Source of the DNA: an uncultured virus (IMG/VR IMGVR_UViG_3300006916_000047)
Lineage: Duplodnaviria > Heunggongvirae > Uroviricota > Caudoviricetes
Virus record (IMG/VR): IMGVR_UViG_3300006916_000047
Length of the DNA: 64,000 nt
Reading direction: 5' to 3' (one strand)
This document shows, piece by piece, positions 10,987 to 20,531 of this stretch (the first letter of the stretch is position 1; each line of letters begins with the position of its first letter). The position numbers were made by a program, and so were the translations under genes. Below the pieces are notes generated by a model. It did not search any database. It worked only from the letters and a program-made list of their open reading frames with translations, and was not told where the DNA came from.

Positions 10987-11588
10987 TACCAACTCACCTC
11001 CAAGTCTTTATGTTCTCCCTTTTCAATAGAAAAGGCTTTTACAATTCCATTTTCTTGACCATGTTTCCAAAGGTCATACACCAATTGGGTGTCTTTTAGA
11101 CAATACTCAACTACTTCATCATACTGGCCCATTTTCCAAAGGCGAGGAGCGTCTGCACTCTCCATGAGTTTAGAATCCTGCATTGTGCATTTAACTAAAT
11201 TTTTAAGTTGAAACCTTTCACCATGTTCTTTTAGCAGAATTTTTGAAGTATCAATGTATTGTTTTTCTTTGATGTATTTTGTAATACAAAAGATGTCCAT
11301 TGAGTCTCGCAATACGGGTAAGTCAAATGCGGCTAAGTTATGCCCAAGAAGAAGACCGCCCTTTTGGAAATGGTCATCCAAATCATACTTTAATTGCTTA
11401 AGAGGCTTGACTCCAACATTTGATTTTTGGAAGGTATCAAGGGGAGCATCAACATAAACTGTTCCTTTGTCGCCATCCCAAGTGGCAACAGTTGAGACTT
11501 GAAACATATGCGTGTTAGCAAATCCGCCAATTTCATAAGACATATTCTTTGTCTCAATGTCCAAGGCAAGAACAGACACTCTAATCAC
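10986..11588 (-). CDS. RNase H-fold 3'-5' exonuclease (DEDD/PolB-exo-like)
   Basis: ALDIET, GHNLAAFDLP and YCLKDT correspond to Exo I/II/III motifs. Confidence 0.8.
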   Translation of the reverse strand: MIRVSVLALDIETKNMSYEIGGFANTHMFQVSTVATWDGDKGTVYVDAPLDTFQKSNVGVKPLKQLKYDLDDHFQKGGLLLGHNLAAFDLPVLRDSMDIFCITKYIKEKQYIDTSKILLKEHGERFQLKNLVKCTMQDSKLMESADAPRLWKMGQYDEVVEYCLKDTQLVYDLWKHGQENGIVKAFSIEKGEHKDLEVSW

Positions 11589-11805
11589 CGTTAGACCAGA
11601 GTTTGCTAATCTTCTCTTCTTCCTTGTTCACTGGCTCATCAGTATCGGTTCGTCGCTTAAGGAAGCAAACAATCTGCTTATTGGCTACAATCAATTGAGA
11701 ACAACATTCCCAACCTTCTTCGCCATATGTGTTCAAAGACTCAATAATAGCCTTTGGCCCTTTCTCAACTTGAAATACCAAATAGGTGTTTTCCCACTTC
11801 ATCAT
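11581..11805 (-). CDS. DUF4177-like small protein
   Basis: KWE...LNTYGEEGWE...FLKR pattern. Confidence 0.6.
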   Translation of the reverse strand: MMKWENTYLVFQVEKGPKAIIESLNTYGEEGWECCSQLIVANKQIVCFLKRRTDTDEPVNKEEEKISKLWSNGD

Positions 11806-13301
11806 TCTACACTCTCCAATAATCTAACATACCAACTTCGGCCTTCTTTGATTTCTTCGTATCTGTGTCTAACCACATCATAATGTCGGTAAATTTGCGC
11901 TCTTGAGATTTTTGCTTTTGCTCTCACTTGAGTTAAATACAAGTTTTTATTCACAAATCCTGCTTCATCAGCCTTAATGTTGGTAAATTTTCCAGCCTTG
12001 ATATCTTCATAAACACTGATAAATGTGGTTTCAAAGGACTTTTCGTGCATCTGCTTACGCTTCGCTCGCAGGCTTCGCTCTAACCACCCCACCAGTTGGC
12101 TATAACAGTTTTGTACGATTTTGCCGGATGCTTGCACATGTTCACCCCGAACAATGAAGCGTTCTTCGGGCTTCACAATATCGGCTGATTCTCCAATACA
12201 ACAGAGAGCAGACAACTTAATCATCGTCTGCATTAACCTTGTTGTGAAGTTTGAAGCAATTTCAGCAACATGGGGAGGGCAATTCATCAACTCTTTGTTC
12301 AGTCGGTTGTATTCCAATAACAATGATGGCCTAAATGATTCGTGAAAAGTTAAGGTCTTCATTGGGTCTTGGCCGACATCATTCCAGCGTTCCCTTACCA
12401 TTTGATAGATTTTGTAAAAGCCATCTGCAAATTTATCAATTGGTGCATGGACATCCTCAATTGTTCCTGCTTTTTGTAGTTGCTCTAATCGCATTTGGTG
12501 TTGAGTATGGAAAGGTACTTCCCACACATACAGAAGCATTCTTTGTAGAACACCCTTTTCTGCCATAACATCGTTAAGATTCTTTGGTGGATAGGTCATA
12601 GCAATAACAGAGCGTTCCGAATAGCAGTTCATTTCCATTCCTTCCATAGAATCCAGTGCCTTGGAAATAACCCAAGACTTTCCTGCAAGACTATTCATAA
12701 GAGTATTCAAATAGACGATGCTTTGTTCTTTATGCTGGCTTTGTTTGAAGATACCCGAATACTCAAATTCATCCCAATGGGCTAATCCGCTTCCTTCAAG
12801 AATACCGGCCTGTCTTTTCATTTCATCCTCGCCATCATCGTTCTTAAATTGCTTCCATTTGCCAATAAGAACTGAATCAGTATAGTCGGTCACCCCGAAA
12901 ATATCGTACTTACGAGGCATTTCTACGCCATCCTTTCTTGTTAGAGAAGGGTGGTTTGGCCGGTTTGCATTAATCTTCTCAAAGGTTTTCTCTGCAACTG
13001 GGCCAACAAAATTCCATAGAGTAGATTTACCCGTTCCGCTTGTTTGAACCCAACATAGATGTATTCTTGAATCCTCAACATTTCTTCCGTTGGGGATTCT
13101 TACAAAGTCTTTACATATGCTTCCAAGAAGCACAAAGCCACTGATTGCGGCAGGGATTTCGTTCCGTAGGGAAACTTCGCTTGCTGATTGATAGAATCGC
13201 TCAATAATTGAGGGCAAACCCGATACTGCTTTAGCATCCAGTTCTTCCTTTTGTTGCATGTATTCTTCAATGTTTTCTTCTTCATAAAATTCTTCATTCA
13301 T
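11802..13301 (-). CDS. AAA+ ATPase, putative replicative (MCM-like) helicase
   Basis: Walker A SGTGKS, Walker B HWDEFE, LQRM arginine-finger-like segment, C-terminal wHTH-like tail; near primase. Confidence 0.6.
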   Translation of the reverse strand: MNEEFYEEENIEEYMQQKEELDAKAVSGLPSIIERFYQSASEVSLRNEIPAAISGFVLLGSICKDFVRIPNGRNVEDSRIHLCWVQTSGTGKSTLWNFVGPVAEKTFEKINANRPNHPSLTRKDGVEMPRKYDIFGVTDYTDSVLIGKWKQFKNDDGEDEMKRQAGILEGSGLAHWDEFEYSGIFKQSQHKEQSIVYLNTLMNSLAGKSWVISKALDSMEGMEMNCYSERSVIAMTYPPKNLNDVMAEKGVLQRMLLYVWEVPFHTQHQMRLEQLQKAGTIEDVHAPIDKFADGFYKIYQMVRERWNDVGQDPMKTLTFHESFRPSLLLEYNRLNKELMNCPPHVAEIASNFTTRLMQTMIKLSALCCIGESADIVKPEERFIVRGEHVQASGKIVQNCYSQLVGWLERSLRAKRKQMHEKSFETTFISVYEDIKAGKFTNIKADEAGFVNKNLYLTQVRAKAKISRAQIYRHYDVVRHRYEEIKEGRSWYVRLLESVE

Positions 13302-13990
13302 ATTTTCACCTTCTCTTCTGAGTTTAATGTGGAGATAATTCTTTTGGCTAAGGTTTCTCCAATACCTTCAACGCCTTGAATTTCAAATTCAGTGCATTCA
13401 CCAATTTCCATAATTGAGCCGAACTCTTTTATGAGGGCTTTCGCTTTTTTAATTGAAACTCCCTTTATGCTTGTTAGCAAATCAATCCTCAAATCATCTG
13501 TTGTAATTCTCTTGAATACTTGAGGTTGAATTGTTGTTCTCTTGAACGGTTTGATTTTGGAAACGCCCGTGATGATGAGGGCGGCTTCACTTTCAGTTGA
13601 AACCCAAACGGGCTTCGCATCCATATCAAGAATAATTCTTCCTATTGCCCCCAAGAATTTATTTCTTAACATGATTGCCCTGCCTTTTGGGGGCATTTTT
13701 GATTGAGAGTTTTCAATAATAGTAAGAATTGCATCATCCATACTACCGTAAATAATCACAACATTTGTTTGATAGTGCCTATCCATATTGTCTAACTGAG
13801 TCCAAAGCCTCTTTGAAAGGACTGAACCCAAAAAATCTACTGCTGATTTTGCTTCAAAACAAACATCATCATACACATAGTCGCCTATTTCAATCCACTT
13901 CTTTTCCGTGGCAATGTTTAGGGACTTGGCCTTTCTTTCAACTAATTCCGACAACTTGGAGTTTTCTCTTGAATCAATAATTAGCATCAT
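13298..13990 (-). CDS. ERCC4/XPF (Hef-like) structure-specific nuclease
   Basis: IIDSRE, IGDY, FEAKS and two C-terminal HhH motifs (IKGVS, VEGIGE). Confidence 0.85.
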   Translation of the reverse strand: MMLIIDSRENSKLSELVERKAKSLNIATEKKWIEIGDYVYDDVCFEAKSAVDFLGSVLSKRLWTQLDNMDRHYQTNVVIIYGSMDDAILTIIENSQSKMPPKGRAIMLRNKFLGAIGRIILDMDAKPVWVSTESEAALIITGVSKIKPFKRTTIQPQVFKRITTDDLRIDLLTSIKGVSIKKAKALIKEFGSIMEIGECTEFEIQGVEGIGETLAKRIISTLNSEEKVKI

Positions 13991-15015
13991 GCATACCTCC
14001 AACACTTTCCAATACAGAACCCTTCGCTAATTAATTTTTGACAATGTGGTGTGTTGTAGTTATTATACACTGTGAACTTTGCGTGTTTCTTTGTTGTTCT
14101 TTTATCCCAATCAAGCCATACCGAATCCGATTCTCCAAAGACTCTTTCCAGTTCATCAACTACGAGGTTTAGCACTTCTTCTTTAAGTTGCTGTGTATTT
14201 AGGTCTTGGTAGCCGGACAACAAATCCCGATACCACGAAACCAAATATGCTCTTGCTATGTGGGAAGGATTCTCAGTCATGGTTGCATTGTGGAGACAGG
14301 GGAGGATAGGCAATTTGCCTACCGTTTTAGGCACTGATACTTCGCCTTCTACGGCCTCTATGGGTGGGGCTGATGGGAACACTACCTTAGCATTTCCTTG
14401 CTTGCGAAAGGGAATATAACGAGGCCCCTTAGCAAGACTTAAGATGCTTTCAACATCACCTTCTAAATCCTCTTTTAACAAAGGAATGCAAAAGTAAGGG
14501 TTTCCTGTTTCATCCGAAGAAGACATATTAACTGTGTTTGGGATTCTTCTAAGGCGGGTAATTTGTCCCACCCTGTCATCAAGCGTTATGTTCTTTCCAA
14601 CTTGTTCAATCAAATACTGCTTAACATCACGGAAAAAGAATTGAATGCTTCTCATGCTTTCTGCTATTTCACCAAAAACAAATAGATGAAAACCTCGGCC
14701 AGAGAAAAATAGAGTGTGTTCGTAATCTTTCTCATAGACTAAACCCATGATAGTTTTCAAATCCCTCCATGCATCATGGATTGAATCGTCGTGTGCATCA
14801 AAATCAAGAAAAACCCTGTCAAGAATAACCGAGGAGTCATCCTTTGCAGTTTCATAGAAACGCTCAAAATCATAAACCGTCGTATAGACATTGGTTCTAT
14901 TGTTCTGTGCGTTTATGAAATTGATGTATTCATTCCTTGAGGACACTATTTTTCTTTTCATTTGTGGGGCGTTCCTTATGTGGCTCCCCGCCCAAACTTC
15001 CCGTGGATATTTCAT
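13987..15015 (-). CDS. Archaeo-eukaryotic DNA primase; catalytic domain fused to a PriL-like Cys cluster
   Basis: FLDFD, SGRGFH, RLRRIPNT; C-terminal LPC...PHC...FC..KC. Confidence 0.85.
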   Translation of the reverse strand: MKYPREVWAGSHIRNAPQMKRKIVSSRNEYINFINAQNNRTNVYTTVYDFERFYETAKDDSSVILDRVFLDFDAHDDSIHDAWRDLKTIMGLVYEKDYEHTLFFSGRGFHLFVFGEIAESMRSIQFFFRDVKQYLIEQVGKNITLDDRVGQITRLRRIPNTVNMSSSDETGNPYFCIPLLKEDLEGDVESILSLAKGPRYIPFRKQGNAKVVFPSAPPIEAVEGEVSVPKTVGKLPILPCLHNATMTENPSHIARAYLVSWYRDLLSGYQDLNTQQLKEEVLNLVVDELERVFGESDSVWLDWDKRTTKKHAKFTVYNNYNTPHCQKLISEGFCIGKCWRYA

Positions 15016-15304
15016 TTTTATTACCTCCAAAATTAACTGTGGCTTCACCAAGCATTGAACGAATTGTTTCCGCTATTTCTCCGCTTAGTGTTATTTTTAC
15101 TGCTTCTCTCATACAGTCTTCGTATGTTTGTCCGACAAATACTTCTTGTATTCGTATCTCTCTAATCAATTGAAATCTTTCAGTGAATGTCATTTCCGAA
15201 TACAATTCCGAACATAGTGAATCAATCGTTGCCTTGAGATTTGAGATTTCAGTAAATGTCCATTGTTTTGATAAGACCTTTGCTCTAATCATCTCTTCCA
15301 TCAT
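14930..15304 (-). CDS. Hypothetical protein
   Basis: ORF between Cas4-like nuclease and primase; likely start MMEEMIRAK. Confidence 0.5.
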   Translation of the reverse strand: MMEEMIRAKVLSKQWTFTEISNLKATIDSLCSELYSEMTFTERFQLIREIRIQEVFVGQTYEDCMREAVKITLSGEIAETIRSMLGEATVNFGGNKNEISTGSLGGEPHKERPTNEKKNSVLKE

Positions 15305-16212
15305 AACCACGAATCCTGTTGCGCTCCTTCGCAAATACCAAAGAAAGAACAATGGCTACAAGTTTTGTAATAAAACTTAGGCGCAAAGTGTTTATTTTCA
15401 TAGGCATGAATTAATTCGGCAATATGATTCATAACAGAGGTCATTGTTCTTGTTTTGATAGGCTCAACTGTTATGTGATTTGCCACGGGATAATACCAGC
15501 CCCAATGAGATACTTCCATATCCTTTGATAGGCCATGCATTTGAAGAACTTCTTCTGTTGAGTTTTCAATCATCAATTGGTAGAATGCCATTTCCTTTCT
15601 CATACCCGTTGCTTTGTAGTCTTTCCATCCTCCGGTCTTGTATTCAAAGGGAATCAGTTTTCCGTTTTCAATAAATACTCGGTCAATAATTCCTTGGAGA
15701 CGCACCTTGTAATCTCTTTGCAGAGTGAATTTCTTATGAGTGTCTTTAGGAATCATTACTTCGCAATCAAATTTCTTTTCATTAATGACTGGCAAAAATT
15801 CATCTGTCTTTCCTTCCGCTACTGCTTCAATAAAGCGTTGGGCTTCAAATGCCGCCACCGTTAAAGAAACATCGTAGTATTCATCTACTGGCATCAAAGA
15901 GTTGCAGTATTCCATGATTTCTGTATTGTTCATTTTCTCTGCCTTCTTAATGTCAAAATCATCAAAAAATGCTTCTCTGTGGTTGTGAAGAATTGTTCCT
16001 TTACGCATTGCTTCTGTTTGGTCTTGAGACAAACGCTCAACATAGGAGAACTCATATTTCTTAGGACACCAAACGAATGACATAAGAGAAGACTTAGAAA
16101 TCTTCAAAATCGGTTCCGATGGGTCGGAATAGTTCTCCGGCATCCACTTATATGTGAATTCTTTCATTTCTCCAAGCGATGCTTCGTATGCTTCTTCTTT
16201 ATTCAAAACCAT
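15301..16212 (-). CDS. Solo Cas4-like PD-(D/E)XK exonuclease
   Basis: N-terminal WCPKKY, GIIDR, EYKTG, C-terminal CSHCSFFGIC (Fe-S ligands); no other cas genes. Confidence 0.8.
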   Translation of the reverse strand: MVLNKEEAYEASLGEMKEFTYKWMPENYSDPSEPILKISKSSLMSFVWCPKKYEFSYVERLSQDQTEAMRKGTILHNHREAFFDDFDIKKAEKMNNTEIMEYCNSLMPVDEYYDVSLTVAAFEAQRFIEAVAEGKTDEFLPVINEKKFDCEVMIPKDTHKKFTLQRDYKVRLQGIIDRVFIENGKLIPFEYKTGGWKDYKATGMRKEMAFYQLMIENSTEEVLQMHGLSKDMEVSHWGWYYPVANHITVEPIKTRTMTSVMNHIAELIHAYENKHFAPKFYYKTCSHCSFFGICEGAQQDSWL

Positions 16213-17090
16213 TCCTCCAGTGTTGTTTGTCCTTTTATTGTTCTAATGTTGTTAATTTGCCAACCCATCGCTTCATAGATAGGTTTAGCCTTTCTGATAA
16301 GTTGCTCTGCATAGTGGTGATAGTCGGGCGTATAGGTGTTAAAATCCGAAAGGATTGTCCCCGAAACATACTCAACATCTCGCCTCTCTTTTGTCAAAGG
16401 GTTCGTGTATTTATCATTGACCCCCGACACCTTCAAGAAAATGTAAGAGTCATCAAAGGTAGTGTTCTGCTTTTCCCAAGCATAGAGAACGCCAGCAATA
16501 CCGGAACCAATTGAAGGGCGTTTGTCTTGTTCGGTTGTGAAGTTTTTCGGATTCTCTCCGCATCTTTCACACGCATAGACATTTAACATATCACGCATAT
16601 TGAACTTTGCTCGGCACTTTTTACATTTCAGTTTAAATCTCTCTTCTTTCAACCTACTTCTCTTTGCTAAGTCGCTGATGGGTACTTCTCCATTCACCAC
16701 TTTTTTGTAAGTTTCTGCGAGATAGGTGTTTATCTCAGCAAATGTCTTTTGGTTTGCCCACATCTTTAACAAAGTTGTTTGGAACTCCTTTGCTAATTTT
16801 GTTTCGCTAACTCGCTTTGCAGTGAAGCCAGTCATGGTGAATTTTGGTTCATCCAAATAAGAACCATCTTCCCATGTAATCATTCCTGCGTTTCTGTTTT
16901 TGACCGTACCGACACCCAACGCTGAATAATACTTCTCAAACTCCAAACTAACGGGATGCTGTTCAAGTCCGAGAACATTCGGGAAACTTTTTTTGACTTC
17001 ATCTTCAATCACCTTGATTGCTTTTTGTGCGGCTTCCACGGAATCAATTTGCACATAGATAGAATCGGTATGTCCATAAACCACTTTCAT
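16203..17090 (-). CDS. polB: Family B DNA polymerase, C-terminal half (palm motif C, thumb)
   Basis: MKVVYGHTDSIYV, LEFEK, KNRNAG; Zn-ribbon insert CKKC..CERC; C-terminal PIP box QTTLEEWF. Confidence 0.85.
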   Translation of the reverse strand: MKVVYGHTDSIYVQIDSVEAAQKAIKVIEDEVKKSFPNVLGLEQHPVSLEFEKYYSALGVGTVKNRNAGMITWEDGSYLDEPKFTMTGFTAKRVSETKLAKEFQTTLLKMWANQKTFAEINTYLAETYKKVVNGEVPISDLAKRSRLKEERFKLKCKKCRAKFNMRDMLNVYACERCGENPKNFTTEQDKRPSIGSGIAGVLYAWEKQNTTFDDSYIFLKVSGVNDKYTNPLTKERRDVEYVSGTILSDFNTYTPDYHHYAEQLIRKAKPIYEAMGWQINNIRTIKGQTTLEEWF

Positions 17091-17094
17091 GTTA

Positions 17095-17295
17095 TCAGCC
17101 TCGGTAATGCACGAATAGCATTCCAACGGGTTCACCTGCAAGTTTCGCTACCGTTTCTTGTAGTTCCGTAATTTGTGCTTTGATGTTTTGTAGTTTCTGC
17201 ATATCAGCATACAGAGAATCCATTTCATCAGCAATATGTTCCTTCATTTGTTTAATTTCTTTTAGGGTTTCAAAATATAGTTTTTCTTCTTTCAT
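17095..17295 (-). CDS. Small coiled-coil protein between the PolB halves
   Basis: 66 aa with heptad pattern. Confidence 0.55.
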   Translation of the reverse strand: MKEEKLYFETLKEIKQMKEHIADEMDSLYADMQKLQNIKAQITELQETVAKLAGEPVGMLFVHYRG

Positions 17296-17423
17296 AATAC
17301 CACCACCAGTAAGGTAATAATTGTTGCGATATTGACGACATTTACCATCATCAAAATCTTGTTGCTTCTATTTATCATGGCTAGCAACTCTTCCAGTAAT
17401 TCATTCGTTCTGTCCATCATCAT
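17292..17423 (-). CDS. Small membrane protein between the PolB halves
   Basis: MMMDRTNELLEELLAMINRSNKILMMVNVVNIATIITLLVVVL*; overlaps both neighbours. Confidence 0.55.
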   Translation of the reverse strand: MMMDRTNELLEELLAMINRSNKILMMVNVVNIATIITLLVVVL

Positions 17424-17574
17424 TTTTATTCACACCTTGATTAATCTCAACTATTTGAGCGTGTCTTTTGAGATTATTCATCATGCTAAGAATCTCTTGG
17501 ACTTCTTCTAAAGTAATATCCCAAGTTTCCTCAGTATCGTATTCTACTTTAACCAATACAAATTTAGTTCTCAT
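17401..17574 (-). CDS. Small hypothetical protein between the PolB halves
   Basis: MRTKFVLVKVEYDTEETW...; likely start at 17574. Confidence 0.55.
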   Translation of the reverse strand: MRTKFVLVKVEYDTEETWDITLEEVQEILSMMNNLKRHAQIVEINQGVNKNDDGQNE

Positions 17575-17665
17575 TTGCCCATCTCCATTCTTTGTAGCAT
17601 TTCCAGCAAAGTCCATGATTTGGATGAATAGCCGTTCTTTTTCTGCATCGTTTGCATATTTTCAT
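17564..17665 (-). CDS. Micro Zn-finger protein (33 aa) between the PolB halves
   Basis: MKICKRCRKRTAIHPNHGLCWKCYKEWRWANEN*; ATGA overlap with the PolB-N stop. Confidence 0.5.
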   Translation of the reverse strand: MKICKRCRKRTAIHPNHGLCWKCYKEWRWANEN

Positions 17666-19299
17666 ACTTTCATCTCCTTAGCCTTAAATGCCGCTAAACG
17701 AATTGCTTCTCTTGCACTTGCAGTAATAGATGCGGCTAAATCTACATCAGCCCAACCAAAACCTTGGAAGGCAACGATACCATAGAAAGAAGCCATGAGT
17801 CTTTTAACCGCCATTTGATTGTTATACCACTTTTGATATTCTCCATTGTTCGTCTCTCTTGCTTCTTTCATCAGTCGCTTGTAATCGTTCCGCAACTCTT
17901 TCAACTCAAGGACGGCTCTCGGAAGAAGCCCCAGTTTATCAGTCTTATAGTAGAGCATATCCCGGTGTTTTACATCGCTGAAATCTCTTGGCGTTGAGAT
18001 GTTCACGGCAAACTCTGTTGGTTCTTCCGACTTGGTTTCCCAAGAAATGTTTCGTGCAATCATCATTGAAGGGTAAAGTCCTGCATAGTCAAATGCGGCC
18101 ACATTCAAATGAAGCCCTTGAGTTTGTTCACTCAATGGGTCGTAAATCATAGCCCCGTCATATTCTCGGCGTTCAATATCTCTGTTTCCTGTTGGTGCTT
18201 TCCAAGTAGCGTTTCGCATAAAATAGATTGAACCCATATGACTTGCATAAAAACAAGCATCAAAGGGTGCTTTCAACAAACGCTGTAATGAAACAATTGC
18301 TTCACTACAAAAGTTTGTTTCGTCAATACGCACTAATAATTCAACATCAACCACAGCATACTCCAAATACACTTCTGTATCTTCTAACCATGCTCTGCGG
18401 AAAAATTCGTTTTTGTCTTCAAATTTACCCTTCTTTACTTTACCTTCACCAAAAAGTGTTTGTGAAACATACTCAAGACTTAGAGAAGGTAATGTTCCTC
18501 TTTGTGAGTCATTCCATTGACGCTCAAAAGCAAGGTCAAGAGAGAGACTTATGCGGCCCCCTACGGGCTGTTCAATGGGTGAGAAACCCTTTTCAGCATA
18601 GGCAAAAGAAAAGCCTCCCTTAGTCGCCTTAACCCCCTTAACGCTGGCAGTTGGAGATATGATGCGGGGGTCAATTCCCAAAGCACAAGCCCTCTTGAGA
18701 AGATGAGGCAAGTCAAACTTATTTCCAAACCAAGCAATTAACATATCGGGGTCTTTCATAATCATTGTATTCAAAAAAGAATCTATCATATCCCTTTCAC
18801 TGCTAAAAACAAAACAGTTTGTCTCAGTATTGGTTTCTTCGGGAAACCAAACCCACTGTAAATACTCTTTATCGTAGTTATCATATGCAACAATCGTTGT
18901 AATGCAATCGTGAAACTCTCCACCCTGTTGCCATTCCATATCCCAATACCACTTACGCATTTCATACTCTGGCATTTTGTTGATTTCATCAACAGCATAC
19001 CTAAAGTGATAAGGAACATCGGCTTCATAGGTTTTAGAAAACTCTTCTTTTGCTTTACGAATATCAAAGGAAGATTCAACATAAACTTTCTTCAACTGTT
19101 GTCCTTCCAAATTAAAGAAGTCGCCTTCTTCATATTCAAATTGACGCTCAATGTATTTTGATGGCTTGTAGTGTCTAGGGGTTTCATTTTCATGAACATA
19201 AAAATATGGACGGAACGGAACGATGTTCCATTTCTTCTCGCCATTTTCTCTCCAAGATGTGTATATATTTTGACCTTTATTCATTTTACTAATTATCAT
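17662..19299 (-). CDS. polB: Family B DNA polymerase, N-terminal half (exonuclease, motifs A and B)
   Basis: WDME, NKFDLP, YAVVD exonuclease motifs; FDYAGLYPSMM (motif A); QMAVKRLMASFYG (motif B). Confidence 0.9.
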   Translation of the reverse strand: MIISKMNKGQNIYTSWRENGEKKWNIVPFRPYFYVHENETPRHYKPSKYIERQFEYEEGDFFNLEGQQLKKVYVESSFDIRKAKEEFSKTYEADVPYHFRYAVDEINKMPEYEMRKWYWDMEWQQGGEFHDCITTIVAYDNYDKEYLQWVWFPEETNTETNCFVFSSERDMIDSFLNTMIMKDPDMLIAWFGNKFDLPHLLKRACALGIDPRIISPTASVKGVKATKGGFSFAYAEKGFSPIEQPVGGRISLSLDLAFERQWNDSQRGTLPSLSLEYVSQTLFGEGKVKKGKFEDKNEFFRRAWLEDTEVYLEYAVVDVELLVRIDETNFCSEAIVSLQRLLKAPFDACFYASHMGSIYFMRNATWKAPTGNRDIERREYDGAMIYDPLSEQTQGLHLNVAAFDYAGLYPSMMIARNISWETKSEEPTEFAVNISTPRDFSDVKHRDMLYYKTDKLGLLPRAVLELKELRNDYKRLMKEARETNNGEYQKWYNNQMAVKRLMASFYGIVAFQGFGWADVDLAASITASAREAIRLAAFKAKEMKV

Positions 19300-20064
19300 T
19301 CAATCACCAATTTGTGGGGCTTTTAGAATCATTCTGTCTTCTGCTACAATAAGCAGGGGAAAGTCATCCTTCACATAGAAGTTTAACAACTGTTCTTTAT
19401 CAAAGAAGTTATGGATGGGGCTAGTATAATCAAGAGAAGCCGCTTCACCAAGAACGCTTACTGGGGTAATTGTTTCCGTGTATCTGTTCTGCACATTCTG
19501 TTGTGAAGAGAGAGTAATTGTTTCCTTGTTAAAGTTAAGGCTATACACTCCACTCTTGACCAATTCGCAATTCTTGATACAAGATTTGAATTGGTCGGAC
19601 ACTAAAGAAAAGGCTCCCTCAAAGGTTGTCTTGCCAAAGGTAGGCAATTTATCCAATACAGCCGACCATACGATTCCTTTCGTTCTTTCCAAAGAGTTTT
19701 CTAAAGCATCCATAGCAGGATGATTTACAACTTTAGGTAGGCTCGCTTGTTTTCCTGTTTGGGTGATTGAAATAAAATCACCACCCGCCACAGTAATATT
19801 GTTCTTGAATGATTTTAAGTACGGTAAAACAACCGTTGCATCAACGACACAGTTTCCATTTTCTTCACCAATAACGGGAAGGGTAATTTTAGCCATGAAG
19901 ATGGCTGAACCATTTACAATAGAAAGGGTGTTTCCTTCAAGAACAACATAGATGTAGTCGCCCATTGAAGCGTTGCCGAAACCCTTTGAGGTTAGGGACT
20001 TTCCTTTGACACGAATACTTTCAATTGCTTGTTCTAGTTCTTTTGCGCTAACTGTAAATTTCAT
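19300..20064 (-). CDS. Putative DNA sliding clamp (PCNA-like)
   Basis: 254 aa with clamp-like two-domain pattern ending PLLI...MILKAP; next to PolB; RFC and PIP boxes are present in the window. Confidence 0.6.
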   Translation of the reverse strand: MKFTVSAKELEQAIESIRVKGKSLTSKGFGNASMGDYIYVVLEGNTLSIVNGSAIFMAKITLPVIGEENGNCVVDATVVLPYLKSFKNNITVAGGDFISITQTGKQASLPKVVNHPAMDALENSLERTKGIVWSAVLDKLPTFGKTTFEGAFSLVSDQFKSCIKNCELVKSGVYSLNFNKETITLSSQQNVQNRYTETITPVSVLGEAASLDYTSPIHNFFDKEQLLNFYVKDDFPLLIVAEDRMILKAPQIGD

Positions 20065-20531
20065 TCTAATTTCTCCTTTAGTTTGTTCAATTCTAATTCT
20101 AGTTCTGCTATCTTTTGCAGGGTTTTCTTATTCTCTTTTCTTTTCTTAGCGAGAGAAACAATATCCGACCAAAGATGATTATACTCTTTATATACGACCA
20201 AACAAATGATTCTTAGTTTTTCAATATCCTTTTCTTTCAAAAGAAAATCTGGAGCATCCAAATTTATAGAACTCCAACGGTTAAATAGATAGTCATAGTT
20301 AGCCTTTCCTTCGTGAAGTGTTGATTTATGTCTCTTTCCCCGATTACTTCGTGTTTCGTAAGTATCTAAACAATATGCACAATCACAGTGCATAAAGCAT
20401 AGGTCTTTGTTGTCGTTTAGGCACTTCTTAAGTCTGGTATTAAAATCCTTTACCATGACTTTACATCTGTCTCCTTTTTTAGAGCCACCACCACTGGCAG
20501 AATTAATACCGCAACATTGTTTCGGTTTCAA
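20061..20531 (-). CDS. Hypothetical Cys/His-rich protein
   Basis: CCGIN...KKGDRCK...LCFMHCDCAYC. Confidence 0.5.
   Translation of the reverse strand: MKPKQCCGINSASGGGSKKGDRCKVMVKDFNTRLKKCLNDNKDLCFMHCDCAYCLDTYETRSNRGKRHKSTLHEGKANYDYLFNRWSSINLDAPDFLLKEKDIEKLRIICLVVYKEYNHLWSDIVSLAKKRKENKKTLQKIAELELELNKLKEKLE

Noticed and set aside
15301..16212. CRISPR-Cas adaptation module
   Set aside because: Cas4-like gene stands alone in the replication operon, which is usual for archaeal viruses; no cas1 or cas2.
17091..17661. Split intein or self-splicing intron in polB
   Set aside because: No Cys/Ser-start or His-Asn-end intein motifs on either half; the gap is filled with coupled micro-ORFs and shows no recognisable intron core.
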